Origin: Bacteroidales bacterium
GTDB lineage: Bacteria > Bacteroidota > Bacteroidia > Bacteroidales > UBA1402
Assembly (NCBI GenBank): GCA_017464285.1
Contig: JAFUDT010000013.1
Span: 21,577 to 85,576, forward strand
DNA length: 64,000 nt
Direction: 5' to 3'
Below the pieces are notes generated by a model that saw nothing but the letters and a program-made list of their open reading frames with translations, ran no database searches and had not been told where the DNA came from. The translations under genes and the position numbers were made by a program. Shown here in pieces: positions 37,751 to 47,084 of this stretch (the stretch's first letter is position 1; each line of letters opens with the position of its first letter).

Positions 37751-38515
37751 ATGCGAAAATTTCTCCTGACATGCTGTCTGGTGAGCTTTGTCGTTGCCGG
37801 CCTTTGGGCCGACAACGACAACTGGTCTTTATACCAGTATGTCAACCGTTATTTTTACGAACATTTCCGCTATCCCGACTTGGATTCAGCCAGGGTGGCC
37901 GAAGAAAATCCTTCTTTGCTGCGTGTCATCGGTGAGGCGTTGCATTTCATCGATCCCTATGGAAAGGAGTATGCCTACGAAGGCCGGGTGGTGGTGCGCT
38001 ACAGCATCTACGACCGGGGTCGGATTTCGCAGGTGAAGGTGGTCAACGGGCTTTGTCCGGCCATCGACAAGAAGGTCGCGAGGGTTATCAAGTCGCTTCG
38101 CTACGAGCGTTTTGACAGAGCTTATCGCGGCAAGGAATACATCCAGGCCTTTTACATCAGCCCCGACGGCAGTATCAGGACCGAACTGCCCGACAATGCC
38201 GTCCAGTACAGCCCCGACCAGGCGGTCGAGCCGGTCGGCGGTCAGGAGGCGCTCGACGATTTTATCGCCCGAAATCTGAACTATCCCAAGAGTGCCCGCG
38301 AGAGTGGGTTGCGCGGAGCGGTCAATTTGCATCTGCTGGTGGACAAGGAAGGTTTTGTGCTGGCCGGTTGGGTACGGGAAAGCGAAGGAGCTGCCGACCT
38401 GAACTGGGAGGCTCTGCGACTGGCAGGCAACCTGCCTCAGATGCGGCCGGCCCTGCATCAGGGCCAACAGGTCATATCCTCCTGCTCAATCCCCATCACC
38501 TTCCGTTTGAAATAA
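37751..38515 (+). CDS. TonB family protein with two TonB C-terminal-like domains
   Basis: Signal peptide; FRYP..YEGRVVVRYSI...G.I..VKVV.GL and GG..AL..FIARNLNYP..ARE.G..G.V.....VDKEG..PA...G..V.....PITFRL. Confidence 0.75.
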   Translation: MRKFLLTCCLVSFVVAGLWADNDNWSLYQYVNRYFYEHFRYPDLDSARVAEENPSLLRVIGEALHFIDPYGKEYAYEGRVVVRYSIYDRGRISQVKVVNGLCPAIDKKVARVIKSLRYERFDRAYRGKEYIQAFYISPDGSIRTELPDNAVQYSPDQAVEPVGGQEALDDFIARNLNYPKSARESGLRGAVNLHLLVDKEGFVLAGWVRESEGAADLNWEALRLAGNLPQMRPALHQGQQVISSCSIPITFRLK

Positions 38516-38641
38516 ACGAAATCCTCCACCAGATGAGCAGGATAAATACAGTCGTTAAACTATGCCAATTCAATTGTTATTTGTTGTAAAGGCTGTTTGA
38601 TTTCATATCTGCTCCGGATATTTTTGCCCAAAACGAAAGGT

Positions 38642-39106
38642 ATGTTTGCAAAATATCCGTCTCGGTATATTCATGTCCTGCTGACAGCGTTTCTTTTGCT
38701 GTGCTCTGCTGGTAGCCTTTTTGCCGCCGGAAGCTATAAGCACTACCTTCCCGGGGGCTCGGTGATGGTGGAGACGGTCACTTCTGGCAGTTCGACAGGC
38801 ACGAAAGTCCTCTACTACGGCTATCAGGACCATCTGGGCTCGCTCACCGCCCTGGTCAGGGAGCGCGTCAACGGCAATGGCAGTATCAGCCGGACAGTGG
38901 CCGACTACCGTTCTTACGATGCCTGGGGCCGGCTCAGAGACCCTGACGACTGGAGCCTGCCACGAACCGATGCCCTGCAGATTACCGACCGCGGCTTCAC
39001 GGGCCACGAACACTTGACAGACTTCGGCATCATCATTCAAAGGTCATACCTGTGTTCAGTTTTTATTTATGGACGCAACGCAATTCGAATAATTCTTCCT
39101 ATATAA
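38642..39106 (+). pseudogene. RHS repeat-associated core fragment fused to a signal peptide; truncated
   Basis: YYGYQDHLGS..SYDAWGRLRDP..DRGFTGHEHL.DFGII; the expected NMNGRLYDP..GRFLSPDP and toxin tip are absent after about 39035. Confidence 0.75.
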
Positions 39107-39151
39107 CGGAGATATGGACATTTATCCTCCGTACAAGGATCCTTCGGACAA

Positions 39152-39211
39152 TTAAACGGCTGACAACGGAAAACAGTCGAGCCTTAAAAAGGCTGACAAC
39201 TCATAACAGTC
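39152..39211. repeat. Two imperfect direct repeats, 33-bp period
   Basis: ttaaacggctgacaacggaaaacagtc / ttaaaaaggctgacaactcataacagtc; ggctgacaac at 39158 and 39191. Confidence 0.6.
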
Positions 39212-39292
39212 CTACATTATTAACCTGTCAACTTGGTTCAGTCGTAAGACCGCAATCTGACAACCGGAATCAGCAAATTACAAATCTTACCA

Positions 39293-39369
39293 CAATGAAC
39301 CTTCAATGAACCTTCAATGAATCTTCAAAGAAGGTACAAAGAAGGTACAAAGAACCCACAAAGAACTCA
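39293..39369. repeat. Tandem array of seven 11-bp units (CAAWGAAnnnW)
   Basis: caatgaacctt x2, caatgaatctt, caaagaaggta x2, caaagaaccca, caaagaactca. Confidence 0.9.
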
Positions 39370-39556
39370 CGGCTCAGATTTGACCCCTTCCGCGACTCGC
39401 TGGGTGTCACTTTCCCACATCGAAAATTGTTTCTAATGCTGTCATCCCGCCGGAGGAAGTGGCGAAATGGCCCCTAATTTGCTTGTAAGAATCTGAAAAT
39501 GAACGGTAACACAAAAATGGATATAATAATAGTAGGGGCTGGCCTCCGGGATTTTT

Positions 39557-40750
39557 TTATTTCAGCCGGGCCAGCGCCTCTTTGATGCGGGCGACGGCCT
39601 TTTCGATGTTGGCATCGGAGGTGGCGTACGACAGGCGGATGCAGTCGGGAGCTCCGAAGGCAGCTCCGCCTACGCAGGCGACATGGCCCTCTTCAAGCAG
39701 GTACATGGCCAGCTGGGCCGCATTGTTGATGGCGCGGTCGCCGTCGCGCTTGCCGAAGAAGGACTTGCACTGGGGAAATACGTAGAAGGCCCCCTGCGGT
39801 TCGCGGACCTTGAGTCCGGGAATCTCGCGCATGAGACGGACGATGAGGTCGCGGCGGCGCCGGAAAGCCTGGCGCATGTCTTCGACACACTGCTGGTCGC
39901 CGGTATAGGCGGCCCGGGCGGCTTCCTGCGATACGGAGCAGGGACCGGAGGTATATTGGCCCTGAAGTTTGGAGCAGGCCGAGGCAATCCACTGCGGAGC
40001 GGCAATCCAGCCGATGCGCCAGCCGGTCATGGCGTATGCCTTGGACACGCCGTTGATGATGACCACACGGTCGCGGATCTGCTCGAACTGGGCGATGCTT
40101 TCGTGTTTGCCCACATAATTGATGTGCTCGTATATTTCGTCCGAAAGGACATAGACCTGCGGATGGCGGGCCAGTACTTCGGCCAATGAACGGAGTTCTT
40201 CGCGGCTATAGACACTGCCGGTAGGATTGGATGGCGAACAGAGTATCAGGGCCTTGGTTCGGGGAGTGATGGCCTCTTCCAGCTGGGCGGCGGTGATCTT
40301 GAAATCCTGCTCGATGTCGGCCGTGACGATGACATTTTTGCCTTCGGCCAGTTTGACCATCTCCACGTAGCTCACCCAGTAGGGAGCCGGCACGATGACC
40401 TCGTCGCCGGGGTTGATCAGGGCCAGGATGGCGTTGCAGACCGATTGCTTGGCACCGTTCGAGCAGACAATCTGTTCGGGTTTGAAGTCGAGTCCGTTTT
40501 CTTTTTTCAGTTTTTCGACGATGGCTTTTCTGAGTGCCGGGTAGCCGGCCACCGGTGAATAGAACGAAAAGTTGTTGTCAACAGCCTGTTTGGCAGCCTG
40601 TTTTATATGGTCCGGAGTGAAAAAGTCGGGCTCGCCCACACTCAGATTGATGACGTCGATGCCTTGGGCTTTGAGTTCGCTGCTCTTCTGTGACATTGCC
40701 AGGGTCTCGGAAGCGGCCAGTGCGGCCAGACGCATAGAAACAGGGTTCAT
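39557..40750 (-). CDS. aspC: PLP-dependent class I/II aminotransferase (aspartate aminotransferase-like)
   Basis: LSVGEPDF, NGAKQS, SPSNPTG, SDEIY, NGVSKAYAMTGWRIG, IRLSYA. Confidence 0.92.
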   Translation of the reverse strand: MNPVSMRLAALAASETLAMSQKSSELKAQGIDVINLSVGEPDFFTPDHIKQAAKQAVDNNFSFYSPVAGYPALRKAIVEKLKKENGLDFKPEQIVCSNGAKQSVCNAILALINPGDEVIVPAPYWVSYVEMVKLAEGKNVIVTADIEQDFKITAAQLEEAITPRTKALILCSPSNPTGSVYSREELRSLAEVLARHPQVYVLSDEIYEHINYVGKHESIAQFEQIRDRVVIINGVSKAYAMTGWRIGWIAAPQWIASACSKLQGQYTSGPCSVSQEAARAAYTGDQQCVEDMRQAFRRRRDLIVRLMREIPGLKVREPQGAFYVFPQCKSFFGKRDGDRAINNAAQLAMYLLEEGHVACVGGAAFGAPDCIRLSYATSDANIEKAVARIKEALARLK

Positions 40751-40774
40751 AGTGATATAATTGAATAGGTTGAT

Positions 40775-40824
40775 AAAAAAACGGTTACCTGCGGTACCGA
40801 TGCAGGTACACTACAAATAACCGT
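40775..40824 (-). terminator. Possible terminator hairpin downstream of tRNA-Met
   Basis: acggtta..taaccgt outer and cctgc..gcagg inner pairing with a bulge; the A run at 40775-40781 gives a U tail on the - strand. Confidence 0.45.
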
Positions 40825-40832
40825 CTTTACTG

Positions 40833-40906
40833 TAGCGAGGCCCGGGATTGAACCGGGGACCTCATGATTATGAATCATGCGCTCTAACCAGCTGAGCTAC
40901 CTCGCC
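40833..40906 (-). tRNA. tRNA-Met (CAT), probably elongator; CCA not encoded
   Basis: Reverse complement GGCGAGGTAGCTCAGCTGGTTAGAGCGCATGATTCATAATCATGAGGTCCCCGGTTCAATCCCGGGCCTCGCTA folds as a cloverleaf with CATGA/TCATG anticodon stem and TTCATAA loop. Confidence 0.95.
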
Positions 40907-40932
40907 ATCAGGCTTCCTTTTCAAAAGCGGTG

Positions 40933-40940
40933 CAAAGGTA
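40933..40940 (-). promoter_or_regulatory. -7 box (TACCTTTG) for tRNA-Met
   Basis: caaaggta on + strand 26 nt upstream of the tRNA 5' end. Confidence 0.7.
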
Positions 40941-41054
40941 AATCCTTTTCATAAATAAAACAACCCGTGGCAGAAAAATATCTTTTGTTTTTTTGGGGCG
41001 CTCTGTAGGATATGTCGTGAGGTGTCATTATCTTCGGGCATCAAAACAAAAGCG

Positions 41055-41432
41055 ATGAAAGAGAGTTTTTCTGTAGAATATGGCTTGAAGAAAGGTTCGA
41101 CCAAGGTCCTCTGGAAGCTCATCAGTACGCCTAACGGCTTGTCGGAGTGGATGGCCGACCGGGTGATAGCGGAAGACGGGATCTACTTGTTTACCTGGGG
41201 CAAGGGTGGAGAAAAGGCCATATTGCTGGAGCAGGTGCCGGAGGAACGTGTCCGTTTCCGATGGCTGCACGAGCCCGAATACACCTATTTTGAGATTGCC
41301 ATGACCAATTCGGAACTGACCGGCGAGATTACACTGACCATCACTGATTTTGCCGAACCGGCCGAAAAGGACGACCTGATCAATCTCTGGAATTCGGAGG
41401 TGGATTCCTTGGTCAGGAGAGTAGGTCTCTGA
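41055..41432 (+). CDS. START-like (SRPBCC superfamily) domain protein
   Basis: LW..ISTP.GLSEWMAD.V, F.W, RFRW, YFE, L.ITDFAE..E, LW.SEV..L.R.G match a Bacteroidota START-like family. Confidence 0.8.
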   Translation: MKESFSVEYGLKKGSTKVLWKLISTPNGLSEWMADRVIAEDGIYLFTWGKGGEKAILLEQVPEERVRFRWLHEPEYTYFEIAMTNSELTGEITLTITDFAEPAEKDDLINLWNSEVDSLVRRVGL

Positions 41433-41463
41433 TTCTTTATTTGCGATTGCGCTTGCCTTACGC

Positions 41464-41471
41464 TATCTTTG
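41464..41471 (+). promoter_or_regulatory. -7 box (TATCTTTG) for lptF/G-ribBA-GH43
   Basis: TAnnTTTG 25 nt before ATG 41497. Confidence 0.6.
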
Positions 41472-41496
41472 TAGCTTCAAAATAGCGCTTGCCGGC

Positions 41497-43032
41497 ATGT
41501 TCCGTGTAAAGAGACTACATACATTTGTCCTTCAGAGTTTTTCGCCGACTTTTCTGATGACGTTCTTCATCTGCAATTTTATATTGCTGATGCAGCTTAT
41601 TTGGCGTTATGCCGAAGAAATCACCGGCAAAGGACTGGGGCTGTCGGTTTATTTGGAGTTCTGTTACTATGCCTCGATGACGCTCGTCCCGATGACCTTG
41701 CCGCTGGCCATATTGCTGGCCTCGTTGATGACATTCGGCAATTTCGGGGAAAAATTGGAGCTGCTCTCCATGAAGGCAGCCGGTGTGTCGTTGTTCAATA
41801 TCATGAAACCGCTCATGGTGGCGGTGAGCCTTGTGGCTGTCGGCTCTTTTTTCTTTCAGGACAGCTATCTGCCCCGGGCACAGAAAAAACTGAGTACCCT
41901 GGCTTGGTCCATGGAGCAGAAGTCGCCGACGCTGTCCATTCCCGAGGGCGCCTTCTATTCCGAGATCGAAAACATGACCATCTATGTCAAGGAAAAGGAC
42001 GTCAAGGAAAAACTGCTCAAGGACATCATGATCTACGACTTCTCCGAGGGTTTTGAGAATGTCTCGGTGACACTGGCCAAGAGCGGTCGGCTGTCGATGA
42101 CCGACGACAAGCTGAATCTGGTGCTGAACCTCTATGAAGGGGAGGCATTCAGCAATTTCGACAAGCAGCAGGCGGGGGCGTCTTATATTCCCTATCGGCG
42201 CGAGATGTTCCGCAGCAAGGAGCTCATCATACCCTTCGACGCCAATTTCAACCGGATGGACGAGTCGGCCTACGACTCCAATCCTATCAGCAAGAACAGT
42301 CGTGAGCTTCGGCAGATCATCGACTCGGTGGGCCATGTCATCGACAGTGTGCAGACGCGCAAGCAGGTGCATTATACCGAGAACTATTTTATGGGCCGGG
42401 ATGCCGAGCCGCGCCGGCATCTGAGTTCGGACGACTCTATCCGCAAGGTGTCGACCGTGGCCCCTTTCAGTCCGAATATCGACAGTCTGTTCCTGTCAAT
42501 GAGCCCTTCGCAGGCTCGTTCGAGTATTTCGCGGGCCGTCCGTCGGGTGGAGCAGGTGCGTTCCGATTTCGACTACCTGGAGATCTCCATGCAGCGCGAC
42601 AACCGTCAGTACCGTCGTAGTGGCATCGAATACTACAAAAAGTTTTCCCTGTCGCTGGCCTGTCTCATCTTTTTCTTCATCGGCGCTCCGCTCGGGGCCA
42701 TTATCCGCAAGGGCGGCCTGGGTATGCCGGCGGTGGTCTCGGTGGTGCTGTTCATCGCCTACTATCTGATCGACACCATGGGACAGAAGCTAGTCAAAAA
42801 CGGCAGTTGGGACATTATCTACGGCATGTCGCTCAGCTCGGCTGTATTCCTGCCCCTGGGTTTTTTCCTGACCTACAAGGCTGTCAGGGATTCCGCGCTG
42901 TTCAATACGGAAACCTATCTGGCGCTGTTCAAACGCCTCGTCAGACTGAAATTCTTATACAGATATTTGAGAATCAAATTTACATCGAAAAGGAGGAATA
43001 AAACATATGGACATCAGACTCAATCGTGTTGA
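41497..43032 (+). CDS. LptF/LptG family LPS export permease
   Basis: [58 protein letters not shown]. Confidence 0.92.
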   Translation: MFRVKRLHTFVLQSFSPTFLMTFFICNFILLMQLIWRYAEEITGKGLGLSVYLEFCYYASMTLVPMTLPLAILLASLMTFGNFGEKLELLSMKAAGVSLFNIMKPLMVAVSLVAVGSFFFQDSYLPRAQKKLSTLAWSMEQKSPTLSIPEGAFYSEIENMTIYVKEKDVKEKLLKDIMIYDFSEGFENVSVTLAKSGRLSMTDDKLNLVLNLYEGEAFSNFDKQQAGASYIPYRREMFRSKELIIPFDANFNRMDESAYDSNPISKNSRELRQIIDSVGHVIDSVQTRKQVHYTENYFMGRDAEPRRHLSSDDSIRKVSTVAPFSPNIDSLFLSMSPSQARSSISRAVRRVEQVRSDFDYLEISMQRDNRQYRRSGIEYYKKFSLSLACLIFFFIGAPLGAIIRKGGLGMPAVVSVVLFIAYYLIDTMGQKLVKNGSWDIIYGMSLSSAVFLPLGFFLTYKAVRDSALFNTETYLALFKRLVRLKFLYRYLRIKFTSKRRNKTYGHQTQSC

Positions 43033-44218
43033 GGAGGTGGTCGAAGCTGTCGCCCGCGGTGAAATTGTCATCGTTGTCGATGATGAAGACCGTGAAAATG
43101 AAGGTGATTTCATAACTTCTGCAGAGTTGATCACCCCTGAAAAAGTCAATTTCATGGTGACCAACGGACGGGGCGTGCTCTGTGCCCCGATTACCGAGGA
43201 ACGTTGCGAGCAGCTGGAACTCAGCCATCAGGTGAGCAACAATACCTCGCTGCTGGGAACGCCTTTCACCATCACTGTGGATAAGATAGAGGGCTGCACC
43301 ACAGGAGTTTCTGCCCATGACCGGGCGGAAACCATCCGTGCGCTGGCCAATCCCGGTACACGCCCCGAGGACCTGGCCCGTCCCGGACACATCAGTCCCC
43401 TGTATGCCAAGAATAAAGGAGTCCTGCGCCGGGCCGGTCATACCGAAGCGGCTGTGGATCTTTGCCGTATGGCCGGACTGCAGCCGGCCGGTGCCCTGAT
43501 CGAGGTGATGAACGAGGATGGCACGATGGCCCGTCTGCCGCAGCTGCTCGAAATTGCCCAGAAGTACCATTTGAAAATTCTCACTATCAAGGACCTGATT
43601 TCATGGCGGCTGAAGGAGGAGTCGCTGGTGGAGATGGGCCCCAGCGTGCATATGCCTACCCAGTACGGTGATTTCAGATTGATTCCTTTTCTTCAGGCGG
43701 CGACCGGCAAGGAGCATATTGCATTGGTCAAAGGAGAGTGGGCTGAAGACGAGAGTATTCTGGTCAGGGTGCATTCGTCCTGCATGACGGGCGACGTATT
43801 CGGATCGTTGCGCTGCGAGTGCGGCGAGCAGCTGCACCGTGCCATGCAGATCATCGAGAAGGAAGGCAAGGGAGTTATCGTGTACATGAACCAGGAAGGC
43901 CGAGGAATCGGCCTGATGAACAAAATCAAGGCCTACAAGCTGCAGGAACAGGGTTACGACACGGTCGATGCCAACCTGCACCTGGGCTTCGATGCCGATG
44001 AGCGGGACTACGGCGTGGGTGCCAGGATCCTGCAGCTGCTGGGAGTGCGCAAAATGCGGCTGATGACCAACAATCCGGTCAAACGCATCGGGCTGGAGGC
44101 CTATGGGCTGGACATTGTCGAGAATGTGCCCCTGGAAATACCCACCAATCCTTACAACGAGTTTTACATGCGCACCAAAAAAGAGCGCATGGGTCATACT
44201 TTAAAAAACATCAAGTGA
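43007..44218 (+). CDS. ribBA: Bifunctional DHBP synthase / GTP cyclohydrolase II
   Basis: [51 protein letters not shown]. Confidence 0.97.
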   Translation: MDIRLNRVEEVVEAVARGEIVIVVDDEDRENEGDFITSAELITPEKVNFMVTNGRGVLCAPITEERCEQLELSHQVSNNTSLLGTPFTITVDKIEGCTTGVSAHDRAETIRALANPGTRPEDLARPGHISPLYAKNKGVLRRAGHTEAAVDLCRMAGLQPAGALIEVMNEDGTMARLPQLLEIAQKYHLKILTIKDLISWRLKEESLVEMGPSVHMPTQYGDFRLIPFLQAATGKEHIALVKGEWAEDESILVRVHSSCMTGDVFGSLRCECGEQLHRAMQIIEKEGKGVIVYMNQEGRGIGLMNKIKAYKLQEQGYDTVDANLHLGFDADERDYGVGARILQLLGVRKMRLMTNNPVKRIGLEAYGLDIVENVPLEIPTNPYNEFYMRTKKERMGHTLKNIK

Positions 44219-45237
44219 TGAGACATAGATTTTTACGCCTGCTGTGCGCCATATTGCCGCTGGTCTTGCTGACAGCCTGTGCCGCCCAGCGGACATCGCA
44301 GGAAAAGACGGGACAGTCCAAGTCGGGTTTTTCGATATGGAACTATATGGACAGGCATCAGAAGGCCTGGCTGTTCAGTTATTTCACCGGTGAGGGCGAC
44401 GGCCTGCACCTGGCCTACAGCTATGACGGCCTGATATGGAGGCCGCTGAATCAGGGACGGCCCTTCCTGCAACCCGAAGTGGGGCAGGCTCGTCTGATGC
44501 GTGATCCGAGTATTCTGCAGGGACCGGACGGAACCTTCCATCTGGTGTGGACTACGGGCTGGACCGAAAAGTCGATCGGCTATGCCTCCTCCAAGGATCT
44601 GATACATTGGTCTGAGCAGCGGGAGATTCCCGTCATGGCTCATGAGCCGGAGGCCCGCAACACCTGGGCTCCGGAGCTGTTCTACAACAAAGGGGCCTAT
44701 TATATTGTCTGGGCCAGTACCATCCCGGGCCGTTTCCCGATGAACGGCACCTCGGAAGACGGTTACAACCATCGTCTATATTATACCACCACCAAGGATT
44801 TCAAGACCTTTTCGCCGACAGAACTGTTCTATGACCCCGGCTTCAATGTCATCGACGCCTGCTTTGTCAAAGAGGGATCCAAGTATTATATGTTCCTCAA
44901 GAACGAAACGCTCGAACCGGTCGAGAAGAACATTCGTATGGCCGTCGCCGGCAAACTGGAGAAGTTTCCGGCCTCTGTCTCCGATCCTTTGACGGGATTG
45001 GACTGGGCCGAGGGGCCGACAGCCGTCAAGATAGGCAAATATACCTACCTCTATTGGGACAAGTATCGTAGTCGCCGTTACGGAGCTATGCGTACCAAGA
45101 AGCTTTCCAAGCCCCGGTGGGAGGATATTTCCGACATGGTCCGCTTCCCTGGTGGTATGCGTCACGGGACGGCTTTCGAGGTAGATGCCCAGGTGCTGGT
45201 CAATATACAGCGACAGACGGCCGACAAGGAAGAATAG
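44218..45237 (+). CDS. Glycoside hydrolase family 43-type lipoprotein (5-bladed beta-propeller)
   Basis: Lipobox LTAC; GLHLAYSYDG, MRDPSI, WAPE, NVIDA, AEGP, RHGT. Confidence 0.8.
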   Translation: MRHRFLRLLCAILPLVLLTACAAQRTSQEKTGQSKSGFSIWNYMDRHQKAWLFSYFTGEGDGLHLAYSYDGLIWRPLNQGRPFLQPEVGQARLMRDPSILQGPDGTFHLVWTTGWTEKSIGYASSKDLIHWSEQREIPVMAHEPEARNTWAPELFYNKGAYYIVWASTIPGRFPMNGTSEDGYNHRLYYTTTKDFKTFSPTELFYDPGFNVIDACFVKEGSKYYMFLKNETLEPVEKNIRMAVAGKLEKFPASVSDPLTGLDWAEGPTAVKIGKYTYLYWDKYRSRRYGAMRTKKLSKPRWEDISDMVRFPGGMRHGTAFEVDAQVLVNIQRQTADKEE

Positions 45238-45238
45238 G

Positions 45239-47017
45239 CTAAAGCTTCAGCACCGCCAGGAAGGCTTTCTGGGGCACTTCGACCGAACCGATCTGCTTCA
45301 TGCGTTTCTTGCCCCGTTTCTGCTTTTCCAACAATTTGCGTTTACGGGTGATGTCACCGCCGTAGCACTTGGCCGTGACGTCTTTGCGCACGGCCTTGAC
45401 CGTTTCCCGGGCAATGATTTTCGAGCCGATGGCAGCCTGGATGGCAATGTCAAACTGCTGGCGGGGAATGAGTTCCTTGAGCTTTTCGCACATGCGCCTG
45501 CCCAGGGTCTCGGCGTTGGAGATATGGGTCAGGCAGGACAGGGCATCGACAGGCTCGCCGTTGAGCAGGATGTCGAGCTTGGCCAGCTTGGACTCGCGGA
45601 ATCCGTTGGGGTGGTAGTCAAAGGAGGCGTATCCTTTGGAGATACTTTTGAGTTTGTCGTAGAAATCGAATACGATTTCTCCCAGCGGCAGGTCGAAAAG
45701 TATCTCCACCCGGTCGCCGGAAATGTATTCCTGTTTGACCAGCTCGCCCCGTTTGTCCAGACAGAGGGTCATGATGTTGCCGATATAGGCCGTCGAAGTG
45801 ATGATGGAGGCCCGGATAAAGGGCTCCTCGATGTAGTCGATATAGGTCGGATCGGGCAGCCCCGAAGGGTTGTGGACCTCGAGACATTCTCCTTTCTTGG
45901 TGAAGACTCGGTACTGGACATTGGGGACAGTGGTGATGACATCCATGTCGAACTCCCGGTCGAGCCGCTCCTGAATGATTTCCATGTGCAGCAGGCCCAG
46001 GAAGCCGCAGCGGAAACCGAAGCCCAATGCCATGGAGGATTCTGGCTGGAAGGTGAGCGATGCATCGTTGAGCTGCAGTTTCTCGATGGAGCTGCGCAGG
46101 TCTTCATAGTCTTCGCTCTCGATGGGATAGACCCCGGCAAAGAGCATGGGCTTGACTTCCTGAAAACCTTTGATGGCTTTTTCGCAGGGACGGTCGACAT
46201 GGGTGATGGTATCGCCCACGCGGACTTCGCGCGAAGTCTTGATGCCGGAAATGATATAGCCCACGTTGCCGCAGCCGATCGTGTCGCAAGGCTGCATGTC
46301 GAATTTCAGGACTCCGATCTCGTCCGCTTCGTATTGCTTTTGGGTGGCGAAGAACTTGACGATGTCCTTGCTGTGCAGGGTGCCGTTCTGGATCTTGAAG
46401 TAGGCGATGATGCCCCGGAAGGAATTGAATACCGAATCGAAGACCAGGGCCTGCAGGGGAGCCTGGGGATCACCCTTGGGGTGGGGTATCTTGCGAATGA
46501 TGGCTTCCAGGATCTGTGGTACGCCTTCCCCTGTTTTTCCGCTGGCGCGGATGATTTCCTCGCGTTTGACGCCCAGCAGTTCGATAATCTGGTCCTCGAC
46601 TTCTTCGATCTGGGCACTGGGCATGTCAATCTTATTGAGCACAGGAATGATTTCCAGGTCATTGTCGATGGCCATGTAAAGATTGGAAATGGTCTGGGCC
46701 TGAATGCCCTGGGTGGCATCGACCACGAGCAGGGCTCCCTCGCAGGCGGCAATCGAACGCGATACTTCGTAGGAGAAATCCACGTGCCCCGGGGTGTCGA
46801 TCAGGTTGAGCGTATAGTTCTCTCCCTCCCAGGAATACTGCATCTGGATGGCATGACTTTTGATGGTAATACCACGTTCCTTTTCCAGATCCATGTTGTC
46901 GAGCATCTGGTTTTCGGTGATGGCCAGCGTGCCGGTATACTCCAGCAGCCGGTCGGCCAGCGTGCTCTTCCCATGGTCGATGTGGGCGATGATGCAGAAA
47001 TTGCGGATATGCTCCAT
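45239..47017 (-). CDS. lepA: Translation elongation factor 4
   Basis: [47 protein letters not shown]; ATG 47017. Confidence 0.98.
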   Translation of the reverse strand: MEHIRNFCIIAHIDHGKSTLADRLLEYTGTLAITENQMLDNMDLEKERGITIKSHAIQMQYSWEGENYTLNLIDTPGHVDFSYEVSRSIAACEGALLVVDATQGIQAQTISNLYMAIDNDLEIIPVLNKIDMPSAQIEEVEDQIIELLGVKREEIIRASGKTGEGVPQILEAIIRKIPHPKGDPQAPLQALVFDSVFNSFRGIIAYFKIQNGTLHSKDIVKFFATQKQYEADEIGVLKFDMQPCDTIGCGNVGYIISGIKTSREVRVGDTITHVDRPCEKAIKGFQEVKPMLFAGVYPIESEDYEDLRSSIEKLQLNDASLTFQPESSMALGFGFRCGFLGLLHMEIIQERLDREFDMDVITTVPNVQYRVFTKKGECLEVHNPSGLPDPTYIDYIEEPFIRASIITSTAYIGNIMTLCLDKRGELVKQEYISGDRVEILFDLPLGEIVFDFYDKLKSISKGYASFDYHPNGFRESKLAKLDILLNGEPVDALSCLTHISNAETLGRRMCEKLKELIPRQQFDIAIQAAIGSKIIARETVKAVRKDVTAKCYGGDITRKRKLLEKQKRGKKRMKQIGSVEVPQKAFLAVLKL

Positions 47018-47039
47018 AAGGGCTATTTGAAAATCGTTA

Positions 47040-47068
47040 CAAAGATACTCCATTTATTTGTATTTTTG
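47040..47068. promoter_or_regulatory. Back-to-back -7 boxes: TATCTTTG (-, 47040-47047, lepA) and TATTTTTG (+, 47061-47068, TPR gene)
   Basis: Two TAnnTTTG boxes in a 67-bp divergent spacer. Confidence 0.6.
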
Positions 47069-47084
47069 CACCATATACTTGCTT

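Noticed and set aside
39052-39309. 85-aa ORF with KRLTT repeats
   Set aside because: GTG start, no homology cues; it simply translates the 33-bp DNA repeats.
39152-39369. Possible CRISPR array
   Set aside because: Units are 11 bp and contiguous, or only two imperfect copies; no unique spacers and no cas genes.
40833-40906. tRNA-Met as an integration site for an island
   Set aside because: No integrase, no duplicated tRNA 3' end seen in the window, and housekeeping genes flank both sides.
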